This document shows, in pieces, positions 9,465 through 19,256 of a stretch of 64,000 nt of DNA. The stretch's first letter is position 1, and each line of letters starts with the position of its first letter. The translations under genes and the position numbers were made by a program. The notes beneath the pieces are model-generated. The model ran no database searches. It saw only the letters and a list, made by a program, of their open reading frames with translations, and was not told the DNA's origin. The DNA is from Candidatus Woesearchaeota archaeon. Lineage in GTDB: Archaea; Nanobdellota; Nanobdellia; UBA10117; ARS21. The DNA is taken from NCBI GenBank assembly GCA_964344605.1, contig CAYFNR010000002.1, positions 2,140 to 66,139 of the forward strand, given 5' to 3'.

Positions 9465-10433
9465 ATGACTTTTGAAATTTGGACTGAAAAATACCGTCCC
9501 AAAACACTAGACGAAGTTAAAGGACAGGATGATATTGTCAAGAGTTTGAAGTCCTTTGTCAAGGCCAAAAACATGCCCCATTTGCTCTTTGCTGGAATGC
9601 ATGGAACAGGCAAGACAACATGTTTCCTAGCTATGGCCCATGATTTCTATGGGGAAAACTGGAGAGATAATATTTTGGAACTCAATGCTTCGGATGATAG
9701 AGGTATATCTATAGTTAGGACAGAAATTAAGGACTTTGCCAGGACAAAACCGCTTGGAGAAATCCCTTTCAAAATGATTTTTTTAGACGAGGCCGACGCG
9801 TTGACCAAAGAAGCTCAGCAGGCACTTAGGCGTACAATGGAAGATTATACTAAAACAGTTCGTTTCTGCTTGTCATGTAATTACTCCTCAAAGATATTAG
9901 CTCCGATACAGAGCAGGTGTACAATATTCCGTTATAAACCGGTACCCAAAAAAGATGTACTAGAACTCCTTTCTGAAATTGCAAAGAAAGAGAAATTAAA
10001 AATTTCTGAAGATGCTCTAGAATTGATACAGCAGGCCTCAGAGGGCGACTGCCGCAAGGCGGAAAATATACTTCAGTCTTGTGCTGCGACTTCGTCAGAC
10101 ATTGGATTAAAAGAAGTAGAATCAGTCATTTCTTTTGCGGAACCAGAAGAAATAGCAACAGTCATATCAGCAGCCCTTTCAGGCAACTTTAATGCGGCAA
10201 AGAACGCGCTAGGAAATGTTCTGACTAAGTATGGTCTTTCAGGTATGGATGTTATTAGACAGATTCAAAAGCAGACCTGGAATATGGACAGTTTGGACGA
10301 AAAGATTAAAGTACAATTGATTAGGGCTTGTGGAGAGCATGAGTTTCGGCTTATAGAAGGAGCAAATGAATTTATACAATTGAATTCTCTGCTCGCCGAG
10401 TTCACACTTTTGGGGTCAAATGAAAAGTCATGA
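9465..10433 (+). CDS. rfcS: replication factor C small subunit
   Basis: Walker A GMHGTGKTT, DEAD box FLDEADAL, SRC-like LSCNYSSK, sensor-2 region; no intein. Confidence 0.9.
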   Translation: MTFEIWTEKYRPKTLDEVKGQDDIVKSLKSFVKAKNMPHLLFAGMHGTGKTTCFLAMAHDFYGENWRDNILELNASDDRGISIVRTEIKDFARTKPLGEIPFKMIFLDEADALTKEAQQALRRTMEDYTKTVRFCLSCNYSSKILAPIQSRCTIFRYKPVPKKDVLELLSEIAKKEKLKISEDALELIQQASEGDCRKAENILQSCAATSSDIGLKEVESVISFAEPEEIATVISAALSGNFNAAKNALGNVLTKYGLSGMDVIRQIQKQTWNMDSLDEKIKVQLIRACGEHEFRLIEGANEFIQLNSLLAEFTLLGSNEKS

Positions 10434-11580
10434 ACCTTTTTTTACAAAATATGCGCCTAAGAAGCTCATAGATATTTGTGGGCAGTCTAGAGGATTACAC
10501 AAATTAGTGTACTTTGTAGAAACCTTCCCAAATAAGAAGAGAGCAATATTAATTCACGGTCCACCTGGCTGTGGCAAGACCGCAGCAGTTTATGCTTTGG
10601 CGTACGAGAAGGATTACGAGGTGGTTGAGCTTAACTCCTCAGATTTCAGGAACAGCGAAAATATAAAAAATGTAATGGGGGCCGCCAGTAAGCAAGCAAG
10701 CCTGTTCAAGTCTAAGAAAGTAATTTTAATTGACGAGCTCGATGGAATATCTGGAACAGCTGATAAGGGTGGCGTGCAGTCTATTATAAAAATAATAAAA
10801 GAAACGAGCTTTCCAATAATATTAATAGTAAATGATCTATGGAATACTAAGTTCAGAACTTTGAGGCTTTACTGTGAACTTACGGAATTTGCTACATTAC
10901 AAAGCTCAGATATTGTTCAGAGGTTAAAGAAGATATGTCAAGTGGAAGGTATAAAACATGAAGATATTTCTTTGAGCAAATTGGCAGCAGCATCTAATGG
11001 GGACCTTAGGGCAGCCATAAATGATTTACAATTAATCGCGTCCGAAAATAAAGAGGTGAATCGTGAATCTGTAGCCGCCGGGGGCAGAGATTATGAAGAA
11101 AAAGTCTTCAATGCTTTGAGACTTATATTCAAGAGCTTCGACAGTAAGACTGCTTTAAGGGCTGTTGATGATTTGCCAATGGAACCTCAACAATTTATTT
11201 ATTGGTTAGACCAGAATATTCCAATGGAATATCGTCTGCCTAATGAGATACAAAAAGCCTATAAAGCATTGTGTGATGCAGACATTTTCCGGTTCCGTAT
11301 ATCACGGTATGTAAATTATTTCCTGTCCGCTGGTGTTCAACAAGCAAAAGAGCAAGCTAGAGGTGGCTTCTCAACTTATTCAAGACCAGAAACTCTGCAG
11401 AAAATATTTATTCGCGCCGCCAAGAATAGAAAATCCAAAAATATCGCAGCGTCTTTAAGTTCAGAGTTTCACGCCTCAGCCAAAACAATTCAGCAAAGTT
11501 TTTTACCATATTTTGACTACATTAGAGAGGTCAACCCAGAAATGGGCAAAGATGTTGACGCTCTTTTAGAGGGCAAATAA
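10420..11580 (+). CDS. rfcL: replication factor C large subunit
   Basis: Walker A HGPPGCGKT, ILIDELDG Walker B, overlaps rfcS by 14 nt (operon). Confidence 0.85.
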   Translation: MKSHEPFFTKYAPKKLIDICGQSRGLHKLVYFVETFPNKKRAILIHGPPGCGKTAAVYALAYEKDYEVVELNSSDFRNSENIKNVMGAASKQASLFKSKKVILIDELDGISGTADKGGVQSIIKIIKETSFPIILIVNDLWNTKFRTLRLYCELTEFATLQSSDIVQRLKKICQVEGIKHEDISLSKLAAASNGDLRAAINDLQLIASENKEVNRESVAAGGRDYEEKVFNALRLIFKSFDSKTALRAVDDLPMEPQQFIYWLDQNIPMEYRLPNEIQKAYKALCDADIFRFRISRYVNYFLSAGVQQAKEQARGGFSTYSRPETLQKIFIRAAKNRKSKNIAASLSSEFHASAKTIQQSFLPYFDYIREVNPEMGKDVDALLEGK

Positions 11581-11598
11581 AATAGTCTTTTTCTACTA

Positions 11599-11614
11599 CG
11601 AAACCTATTTAAAG
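11599..11614 (+). promoter_or_regulatory. putative BRE/TATA promoter for SRP RNA (gaaacctatttaaag)
   Basis: AT-rich TATA-like box ~22-30 nt upstream of the abrupt start of the GC-rich RNA segment. Confidence 0.35.
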
Positions 11615-11634
11615 CAATATTAAGCAGAATTCTT

Positions 11635-11900
11635 GGGCTAGGCTGGCGGTTTAGGGGTCCGCTTTTACTTGAAGTCCTCTAATGCAAGAGCCGAAGCTTT
11701 GGGGGCGGCATGCTTGTTTGGTGCTGTCTTGTGAAGTAGTGTCGAAGCGTTGCCTTTGGGGGCATCACTTTCATGTGAACCTGGTCAGGCGGGGAACCGA
11801 GCAGCCATAGCGTGGTTTTGATGTGCTCCAAAGTAGTGGCGTGGAGCTGTTTCTCAAGGTTAGCAGTACTGTGCTTATGTGTCCACCTCATTGCGTGCCC
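11635..11900 (+). ncRNA. ffs: signal recognition particle RNA (7S / SRP RNA); ends approximate
   Basis: GC-rich island in AT-rich genome with no credible ORF; 11780..11816 CCUGGUCAGGCGGGGAACCGAGCAGCCAUAGCGUGG closely matches the universally conserved SRP RNA domain IV / helix 8 (compare E. coli 4.5S CCAGGUCAGGUCCGGAAGGAAGCAGCCAAGGCAG) including GGAA tetraloop. Confidence 0.65.
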
Positions 11901-11904
11901 ACTT

Positions 11905-11988
11905 GCCGAGGTCGCATAATCTGGTATTGCGCTGGCTTGCTAAGCCAGTTTCCTTCGGGATGTGCGGGTTCAAATCCCGTCCTCGGCG
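11905..11988 (+). tRNA. tRNA-Ser (anticodon GCT) with long variable arm
   Basis: Acceptor GCCGAGG/CCTCGGC, anticodon stem CTGGC/GCCAG loop TTGCTAA, long variable arm TCC-TTCG-GGA, T-arm GCGGG-TTCAAAT-CCCGT, discriminator G. Confidence 0.8.
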
Positions 11989-12234
11989 TATTAATCATTG
12001 TATAACAAATTTAACTACTCACTCCATAAACGCAACCTTTAAAAACTACATATTACCGCTAGTAATTGGATATAAGTAGAAATAGAAGTCATCGTACCTC
12101 AAAAAAGGTACACAAAATATGCTCATTCTGTTTCATTTAAAATCAAGTAGATTTTAAGTTTAGAGCCCATTTGTGGGTTTTAGTGCGTTTCGTGTATTCA
12201 GTATACGATATAGTCCAAAGGAGAAATACACAAA

Positions 12235-13485
12235 ATGTCATTTCAAAAATTAGAAGTAAAAGAAGATGTAGTTAAAGCACTTTCTGAGTGCGGTATTAAT
12301 GAACCAACAGATGTACAACAAAAAGCAATACCACTTATTAAATCTGGAAGAGATGTTGTTGGAAAATCAAAAACCGGATCAGGTAAAACCGCAGCATTCG
12401 GAATTCCATTGGTTGACCAAATCTCTCCACGAGCTGGAGTGCAAGCATTAGTTCTTGCGCCAACTAGAGAGCTTGCCGTTCAGATCTCAAGAGAGTTGGA
12501 AAAATTTGGGAAGTATACAAATGTAAGAGTCGCAACTATCTTTGGTGGTGTGTCAATAAGCCATCAAATAAAAGATATTGCTCGTTCAGATATTGTAGTT
12601 GGAACGCCAGGAAGAATCCTTGATCACTTGCAACGAAGTACCCTTAATTTGTCAAAACTAACGCAGTTCGTCTTAGACGAAGCAGACAGAATGGTTGATA
12701 TGGGATTCATTAGAGATATTGAACGCATTCTATCTTATTCGCCAAAAAGAAAACAGATGTTGCTCTTTGGAGCAACTATATCTCAAGAAATTGAATATAT
12801 TAAAAGAGAACATATGGATAATCCTGTAGTTGCCGAGGCAGAGTGCCATGTTGAGGAAGAATATCTTGAACAATATTATTACAATGTTAAACAGCAAGAA
12901 AAATTTTCATTGCTTGTCCATTTGTTAAATACTGAGGAGACAGATAGAGTAATAGTCTTTTGTTCGGCCAGGCATACTGTCGAAAGAGTTTCTAGAAATC
13001 TGCGAGCCCAAGGTATAAAGATAGGGATGATACACGGCAAACTTGCTCAAAATAAACGACTCCGTATAATTGGAGAGTTCAACAAAGGTAGACCAAATGT
13101 TTTAGTAGCCTCACCGGTCGTAGCACGTGGACTTGATATTAAAGATGTGTCACACATAATTAATTTTGATCTTTCAAAAGATCCTCAAGAGTATGTGCAC
13201 CGTATTGGACGAACCGCCCGTGCGGGAGAGACTGGAAAGGCAATAACTTTGATAAGTCAAAAAGATCATGACACATTTAGACAAATTTTCAGGAGGTATG
13301 ATTTAAATATTCAAGAACTCCCTGAAGAGAGATTCCCAATACTTAAATTTGATTCAAGTCGAAATTCACGATATGGTGGAAGATTTGGTAGAAATAGATC
13401 TAACAGAGCAAGGTATGGAGGAAATAGAAACCGATACCATATAAGAAAATATAATAAGACAACTTTAAGCGGATATAACCGCTAG
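12235..13485 (+). CDS. DEAD-box ATP-dependent RNA helicase with C-terminal RGG/RNR-rich tail
   Basis: Q motif, Walker A GKSKTGSGKT, DEAD (VLDEADRM), HRIGRTAR motif VI; tail RYGGRFGRNRSNRARYGGNRNRY; GGAG Shine-Dalgarno-like element upstream. Confidence 0.9.
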   Translation: MSFQKLEVKEDVVKALSECGINEPTDVQQKAIPLIKSGRDVVGKSKTGSGKTAAFGIPLVDQISPRAGVQALVLAPTRELAVQISRELEKFGKYTNVRVATIFGGVSISHQIKDIARSDIVVGTPGRILDHLQRSTLNLSKLTQFVLDEADRMVDMGFIRDIERILSYSPKRKQMLLFGATISQEIEYIKREHMDNPVVAEAECHVEEEYLEQYYYNVKQQEKFSLLVHLLNTEETDRVIVFCSARHTVERVSRNLRAQGIKIGMIHGKLAQNKRLRIIGEFNKGRPNVLVASPVVARGLDIKDVSHIINFDLSKDPQEYVHRIGRTARAGETGKAITLISQKDHDTFRQIFRRYDLNIQELPEERFPILKFDSSRNSRYGGRFGRNRSNRARYGGNRNRYHIRKYNKTTLSGYNR

Positions 13486-13554
13486 TTTTATTGTGTCCTT
13501 TCTGATAGATTTAGTGATTTTAGTAGATACAAAATAGGAGGGAAGAGAATTAAT

Positions 13555-13941
13555 TTAGAGATCCTCATAATTGGGATAAGGTGGTCCAGACATATACTCT
13601 GGAAATCTGTCTAATATATGTAGAACTTTACCCAAATGTGGTTTAATGACACCTATAATTTCTTCGTATCTTAAGTAAGATTCCCATTCTCCGCTTTCTA
13701 AGGCCAGAGACAAAGAATCACGTGGTCCAATCCAATCAATCCTTTTGCGTAGGTCTCCATTAACACTTTTATATATTTCAATGCATACAGTTGAGTAGTC
13801 TGGGTCGTCCCCATCTAGAGGATAAAAATTGAGAAGGTAAGATCCTACTTCTGCAGCAGGTACTATTCCCCCTTCGACCATTTCAAATTTAACCATAGGT
13901 AACTTAAGCTCCGCACCTTTAAAATAGTTTTTGGGAATCAA
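13555..13941 (-). CDS. hypothetical protein (128 aa)
   Basis: Intact ORF between DEAD helicase and tRNA-Phe, no recognisable motifs. Confidence 0.4.
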   Translation of the reverse strand: MIPKNYFKGAELKLPMVKFEMVEGGIVPAAEVGSYLLNFYPLDGDDPDYSTVCIEIYKSVNGDLRKRIDWIGPRDSLSLALESGEWESYLRYEEIIGVIKPHLGKVLHILDRFPEYMSGPPYPNYEDL

Positions 13942-13978
13942 TAAGTTTAAAAATGGGACTTCAGATAGTTTCTTTATT

Positions 13979-14052
13979 GGGACCGTAGCTCAGCCTGGGA
14001 GAGCGCTCGACTGAAGATCGAGGTGTCATGGGTTCAAATCCCATCGGTCCCA
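13979..14052 (+). tRNA. tRNA-Phe (anticodon GAA)
   Basis: Acceptor GGGACCG/CGGTCCC, D-arm GCTC..GAGC, anticodon stem CTCGA/TCGAG loop CTGAAGA, T-arm ATGGG-TTCAAAT-CCCAT, discriminator A. Confidence 0.85.
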
Positions 14053-14086
14053 TTACATTTTTATAACTCCACTTACTTAATTTTGT

Positions 14087-16774
14087 ATGGCCACACAACC
14101 TTGGCATTCTATGAATATACAAGATGTATATTCTAAATTAGGGTCTTCTAAAGAAGGATTACATACCGTCGAAGCACATCGTAGACTAGCTAAATATGGA
14201 CCAAATGAGTTGGCTAAAAAGAAAGAAGTTTCTGCTTTGAAGATTTTCGTATCACAGTTCAAAAGTGTCTTGGTTCTACTTCTTGTCTTAGCCATAGGAA
14301 TTTCCATTGTTATTGGACATGTAGTGGACGCCGCTGTTATTGGTATTATTGTTGTCGTCAACGCTATACTTGGTTTTATACAAGAATACAGGGCCGAGCG
14401 TTCTATGGAAGCCCTTCAGAAACTTGCTGCACCGAAAGCCCATGTTCTTCGTGATGGAAAGGAAATAGAAGTGGAAGCATCTAAACTTGTTCCGGGAGAC
14501 ATCATCATATTATCTGAGGGAGATAAAGTTCCAGCTGATGCACGTCTTATAGAAGCTATTAATTTAGAAACTATTGAGGCGAGTCTCACTGGAGAATCGA
14601 CTCCTGTTTTGAAAGATATTGCTTTATTAAAAAAGGAAAAACTTACTGTTGGTGAGCGCAAGAATTCTGTTTTTATGAATACCATTATCACTAGGGGCCG
14701 TGGGATAGCTATAGTTACAGATACAGGGATGGAGTCTGAAGTTGGTGGCATAGCGAAGCTTCTTCAGGTTGTTGATAAAAAGCCGACCCCTCTCCAAATC
14801 AAACTTGCAGAGGTTGCCAAAAGTTTAGGTATAGCAATAATTGTGATTGCTGCAGCAGTTTTCGGAATAGGAGTTTTACGTGGAGAAGAAATTTTTGAAA
14901 TGTTCCTTACGGCTGTCAGTCTTGCCGTTGCTGCAGTGCCAGAAGGCCTACCTGCTGTAGTTACTATAACACTGGCGATTGGGCTGAATCGTATGGCTAA
15001 AGCTAAAGCGTATGTCAGAAAGTTGCCGGCTGTTGAGACCCTTGGTAGTGCAAGTATTATTTGCTCGGACAAGACAGGAACCTTGACAAAAAATGAAATG
15101 ACTGTGAAGAGGTTGTACACAAATCATAAAATAACCGATGTTTCTGGAGAAGGTTACGAACCAAAAGGAGAATTCACACAGTCAAACAAAAAGATAGATC
15201 CAATAAAGAACAAAAATGTTGAGATGCTTCTACGTGCAGCAACACTTTGCACAACATCAAGTTTGTATAAAGGGAAGTCCGGATGGTATGTTACTGGCGA
15301 TCCTACAGAAGGCGCTTTGGTTGTATCGGCCGATAAAGCCGGGCTCGATAAGGTAGAGCTTATCAAGAAAAAATTCAAACATATTGGTGAGATACCTTTC
15401 GACTCTAATCGAAAGATGATGTCTGTCATATATCAAGACCAAAGAGGCAAGAAAATAGCGTATATCAAAGGAGCACCAGAAATTATGTTGGATAAATGTG
15501 AATATATATTCTTAAATGGAACGGTTAAGAAGATAACAAAAGAAGATAAAAGGAAAATCAAGGCCGTCAATCAGAAGATGGCAAGTTCTGCCCTTAGAGT
15601 TCTGGGTGTAGGGTATAAGTATGTTTCGGAGAAGACTGACAAGTTTACTGTGCAAAACATCGAGAACAAGATTGTTTTTGTTGGCCTACAAGGAATGATA
15701 GACCCACCAAGAGAAGAAGTTAAGCCAGCGATAGAGAAGTGTAAAACTGCTGGAATAATGCCCATAATGATTACTGGAGATCACGCAATCACTGCGCAAG
15801 CCATTGCTATTGAACTGGGACTTGCGAAGGAGGGAGATAGAGTTGTTGTTGGCGATGAGTTGAATAAAATGTCTAGCCACGAGTTGTCTTCTATTGTGGA
15901 TAAAGTTAAGGTATATGCCAGGGTTTCTCCCGAACATAAAGTGAAGATAGTAGAGGCGTTGAAGCACAAGAAATACATTGTTGCCATGACAGGAGATGGA
16001 GTAAATGATGCTCCTGCGTTGAAACGAGCAGATATTGGCGTTGCTATGGGTGTCAAAGGCACAGACGTTGCTAAGGAAGCTTCAGATATGATTCTCGGCG
16101 ACGATAATTTCGCAACTATTGTGTCTTCAATTGAAGAAGGTCGTGGGATATATGATAATATACGGAACTTCATCCGCTACCTTCTCTCCAGTAATGTTGG
16201 TGAAGTTCTGACAATATTTGCCGCGGCGCTTGTAGGTCTCCCTCTCCCCCTTATAGCGGTCCAACTTCTTTGGATGAACCTTTTGACTGACGGGCTTCCC
16301 GCTTTGGCTCTTGGTGTTGACCCACCAGAGGAAGGGATAATGACTCGGCCCCCGAAGGACCCGAAAGACAAGGCAATATCAAAAGATACTTGGATATTTT
16401 CTGCTATTGTGGGGGTAATTATGATGATTGGAACATTATTACTGTTCCAGTTGAATTTAGATAGAGGCATAGAATCAGCAAGAACTATGGCCTTTAGTAC
16501 AATGGTCATGTTCCAAATGGTTAATGTGTTTAACTCCAGATCGGAAAAGTCGTTGTTTGAAGAGCGTAATATATTCAATAACACATATCTGCTACTTGCA
16601 ATTTCAATGTCCTTGATACTTCAGTTGGCTGTAGTATATCTGCCATTCATGCAACCGCTCTTCAGCACAGCCCCACTTAATATGGTCGACTGGGTTTGGA
16701 TAGTCGGAATAAGTCTGTTTGTAGTATTTGGAATTGAGATTAAGAAAAGATTATTTGTTAAAAAGTCCAAATAA
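14087..16774 (+). CDS. P-type cation-transporting ATPase, type IIA (Ca2+-ATPase-like)
   Basis: TGES actuator motif, phosphorylation site CSDKTGTLT, PEGLP in TM4, TGDGVNDAPAL hinge, 895 aa with ~10 TM segments. Confidence 0.9.
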   Translation: MATQPWHSMNIQDVYSKLGSSKEGLHTVEAHRRLAKYGPNELAKKKEVSALKIFVSQFKSVLVLLLVLAIGISIVIGHVVDAAVIGIIVVVNAILGFIQEYRAERSMEALQKLAAPKAHVLRDGKEIEVEASKLVPGDIIILSEGDKVPADARLIEAINLETIEASLTGESTPVLKDIALLKKEKLTVGERKNSVFMNTIITRGRGIAIVTDTGMESEVGGIAKLLQVVDKKPTPLQIKLAEVAKSLGIAIIVIAAAVFGIGVLRGEEIFEMFLTAVSLAVAAVPEGLPAVVTITLAIGLNRMAKAKAYVRKLPAVETLGSASIICSDKTGTLTKNEMTVKRLYTNHKITDVSGEGYEPKGEFTQSNKKIDPIKNKNVEMLLRAATLCTTSSLYKGKSGWYVTGDPTEGALVVSADKAGLDKVELIKKKFKHIGEIPFDSNRKMMSVIYQDQRGKKIAYIKGAPEIMLDKCEYIFLNGTVKKITKEDKRKIKAVNQKMASSALRVLGVGYKYVSEKTDKFTVQNIENKIVFVGLQGMIDPPREEVKPAIEKCKTAGIMPIMITGDHAITAQAIAIELGLAKEGDRVVVGDELNKMSSHELSSIVDKVKVYARVSPEHKVKIVEALKHKKYIVAMTGDGVNDAPALKRADIGVAMGVKGTDVAKEASDMILGDDNFATIVSSIEEGRGIYDNIRNFIRYLLSSNVGEVLTIFAAALVGLPLPLIAVQLLWMNLLTDGLPALALGVDPPEEGIMTRPPKDPKDKAISKDTWIFSAIVGVIMMIGTLLLFQLNLDRGIESARTMAFSTMVMFQMVNVFNSRSEKSLFEERNIFNNTYLLLAISMSLILQLAVVYLPFMQPLFSTAPLNMVDWVWIVGISLFVVFGIEIKKRLFVKKSK

Positions 16775-18457
16775 GTCCGATATAATTTTTGAAATCCATT
16801 CACCAATATTACGCTTTCTTACATCTACTTTAATTACTTGACTTTCTTCAATTCCATCTCCAGATAGAGTCAGAAACAACTTTTCTGTTCCCACAAAGTA
16901 AGCCTCTTTTGAGAATAATACGGTCTGATTGTCATTTATTCCTAAGTATATTTGTTCGCAGTCTTTTGAGGCATCTTCTAAACAAATGGAAAGATCTGAG
17001 ATTGGCGCATTTCCTGAGTTTGACAACTCCACTTCTATGCTAAAATTTTCATTTAAGTAAGCAACAGCCGGTACTTTCAAATTAACTTTTAGATTTGGAG
17101 CAAATCTACCTTGAGTCGGTACATCTTCTTGTACACCTAATATCTGTCGAGCCTCTTCAAGAGAAATTACATCATTTGATTGCGGGCTCACTTTGAAGCT
17201 CACGCTTTTCTCGTCTCCGAAGAGAGTAGCACCTCTTATTGTGTAAGTATATGCAAATCCAGTGTCTAAATCTTCGGGAGTTTGTATAATCCAGCCTACT
17301 TTCAGGGAGTTATGTGGTGGCAAAAGTACAGACTTTTGATTCTTCCCAACTATTTTAGGAGCGGCCGTCAGGAAGGCATCTGGTACCAAGTAAAAATCTT
17401 CCTTATTCTCTAAGGACATCCAAATTATATTATAACTACCAAATCCCACTTCTTCCTTTTCTACCCAAATTCTATTTGTCACAAATTTTGGGAGGTTTTC
17501 TTCTTTTCTGTTCAAATCTACAGAGGTTGATGGTTCATCAGTCGAAACATCTCCACCAATCCATGAAAATCTAAGAGATGGTGCCTCTGGACCTTCAGAT
17601 ATCTGTGTCTTGATATGTGTTGGATCTATCCAGCCAAATTCTCTAAAAGTAGGATCAAATGGTACCCACCCAACCTTAGGTAAGTAAATTTCTGTCCAAG
17701 CATGAGCGTTAAACTTCTCACCATAGACGTTACCATATGCATAACCAGATATATAACGTGCCGGAATACCTACACTTCTTGATAAAGCAATAAATAGATT
17801 AGAATATTCAACACAAACACCTGTTTTATCTTCTAAAACTGTGCTTGCTTGTTCTATTCGCCCAAGATAATCCAAATCATAAGATACTTCATTAGAGACA
17901 TACTTGGCCAACTTGTAGGCGGCGACATACCCGTCCGTTTCTCCAAGTACAATTTCATTCGCCTTTTGTTTTATAGCTAAATTATCACTATCTATTTTAG
18001 TTGTAGGTTCCAAGTACTTCCTATATCTATGTGGTATGTCTGAGAAAGGAAAGGGTTGAGAAGAGGTTAGTTTTTTGATATCAAACTCTGAATTTATACT
18101 GGATGAAAGAGTATAACCTTCTTCACCTGCTGGCAGGCTCCTCCAAGTAAATAAATAATAACCATCTTCAAGCGAGGCTGAAGGGTTAGTCTGCAAATTT
18201 GAGACTGAGATATAGTAATCGTCTTGGGGAAAAGAGTGTAATTCTAAGTTGAGCTCGTTTAGATAGGTTTGTGAGGGAACTATTTCAAAAATACCTCTTT
18301 CGTTAAACTCCAAATCAAGATAACTTACGACTTTTGGGTTTGTTATTCCTAGATTTTGTGGATTTTCAACGCCAAAGTTTATATTGGGGTTAACTTCCTC
18401 TTCTGCACCAGAAATAGTTAAAATAAATAATAGAAGGAAAAAAAGCAGTTTCCGCAT
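16751..18457 (-). CDS. secreted transglutaminase-like (Cys-His-Asp) domain protein
   Basis: Signal peptide MRKLLFFLLLFILTISG; core GVCVEYSNLFIALSRSVGIPARYISGY..HAWTEIYLP..GWVPFDPT matching transglutaminase-like cysteine protease fold. Confidence 0.7.
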   Translation of the reverse strand: MRKLLFFLLLFILTISGAEEEVNPNINFGVENPQNLGITNPKVVSYLDLEFNERGIFEIVPSQTYLNELNLELHSFPQDDYYISVSNLQTNPSASLEDGYYLFTWRSLPAGEEGYTLSSSINSEFDIKKLTSSQPFPFSDIPHRYRKYLEPTTKIDSDNLAIKQKANEIVLGETDGYVAAYKLAKYVSNEVSYDLDYLGRIEQASTVLEDKTGVCVEYSNLFIALSRSVGIPARYISGYAYGNVYGEKFNAHAWTEIYLPKVGWVPFDPTFREFGWIDPTHIKTQISEGPEAPSLRFSWIGGDVSTDEPSTSVDLNRKEENLPKFVTNRIWVEKEEVGFGSYNIIWMSLENKEDFYLVPDAFLTAAPKIVGKNQKSVLLPPHNSLKVGWIIQTPEDLDTGFAYTYTIRGATLFGDEKSVSFKVSPQSNDVISLEEARQILGVQEDVPTQGRFAPNLKVNLKVPAVAYLNENFSIEVELSNSGNAPISDLSICLEDASKDCEQIYLGINDNQTVLFSKEAYFVGTEKLFLTLSGDGIEESQVIKVDVRKRNIGEWISKIISDLFGLFNK

Positions 18458-18530
18458 ACAAATTTGACTGTGTGAAAGTTTAAATACATTCCCTCAAAAG
18501 AGTTTTATATATGACTTTTCACTATGTGCC

Positions 18531-19178
18531 ATGAAAATTAAGAAGGGAGACTTTGTAGAATTTGATTTTGTAGGTAGAGTAAAGATTACAAATCAAGTGT
18601 TCGACCTTTCGGTTGCAGACGTTGCTAAGAAAGAAAATATCTTCAGGGAAGGACACGAGTACAAGCCCTTAGCAATCTGCGCCGGAGCCGGACATATCAT
18701 ACCTGGCTTAGATAAGGCCTTGATAGGTAAGGAGTTTGGGAAAGAATATGAGTTTGATTTACCTCCAGAACAGGGATTTGGTAAAAGAAATCCAAAATTG
18801 ATTAGTTTGACATCATTATCAGTCTTTAGAAAGAAGAATATTAATCCTGTTCCAGGTATGCAGCTGGACTTAGATGGAAGGATTGCGACGGTACGCAGTG
18901 TTACTGGTGGCCGTGTCGTTCTAGATTACAATCCACCTCTTGCTGGTAAAGAGTTACATTACTGGATTAAACCAGTCAAAAAAATAAATGGGTCTGTGGA
19001 CAAAGCTAAAACGATATTCAGGACACTTGGCTTTTCTGCAGAAAATGTGAAATTCAAAAACAAAGAGTTGGTTCTCAATCTCAAAAACAAAGAGAAATTA
19101 GGTGAGAAGTTTTTAGGTTTGCTTGAAAAAGAGGTCAAAAAGCACATTCCAGAGATTAAGAAAGTAACATTCAAGTAA
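18531..19178 (+). CDS. FKBP-type peptidyl-prolyl cis-trans isomerase (archaeal long type, SlyD-like)
   Basis: IKKGDFVEFDFVGR..GHIIPGLDKALIGKEFG FKBP core with inserted flap and C-terminal domain. Confidence 0.7.
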   Translation: MKIKKGDFVEFDFVGRVKITNQVFDLSVADVAKKENIFREGHEYKPLAICAGAGHIIPGLDKALIGKEFGKEYEFDLPPEQGFGKRNPKLISLTSLSVFRKKNINPVPGMQLDLDGRIATVRSVTGGRVVLDYNPPLAGKELHYWIKPVKKINGSVDKAKTIFRTLGFSAENVKFKNKELVLNLKNKEKLGEKFLGLLEKEVKKHIPEIKKVTFK

Positions 19179-19256
19179 TTCTTATTTGTAATATCTTCTT
19201 GGTCATAACAATCTTTATAAAAATAGTAAGCGTGCCTTTATAATTGAGCCTGTCTG

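Noticed and set aside
9347-9613. 88-aa minus-strand ORF overlapping the rfcS 5' end
   Set aside because: It is antisense to the strongly supported rfcS start and lies in the divergent promoter region.
11679-12079. Three ORFs (70, 60, 66 aa) across the SRP RNA / tRNA-Ser region
   Set aside because: They overlap a GC-rich structured RNA and a tRNA. Their length is explained by local GC richness rather than coding.
14077-16806. Numerous minus-strand ORFs (14416..14751, 14764..15120, 15781..16173, 16177..16584 and others) inside the P-type ATPase gene
   Set aside because: They are antisense frames of a 895-aa gene with all P-type ATPase motifs.
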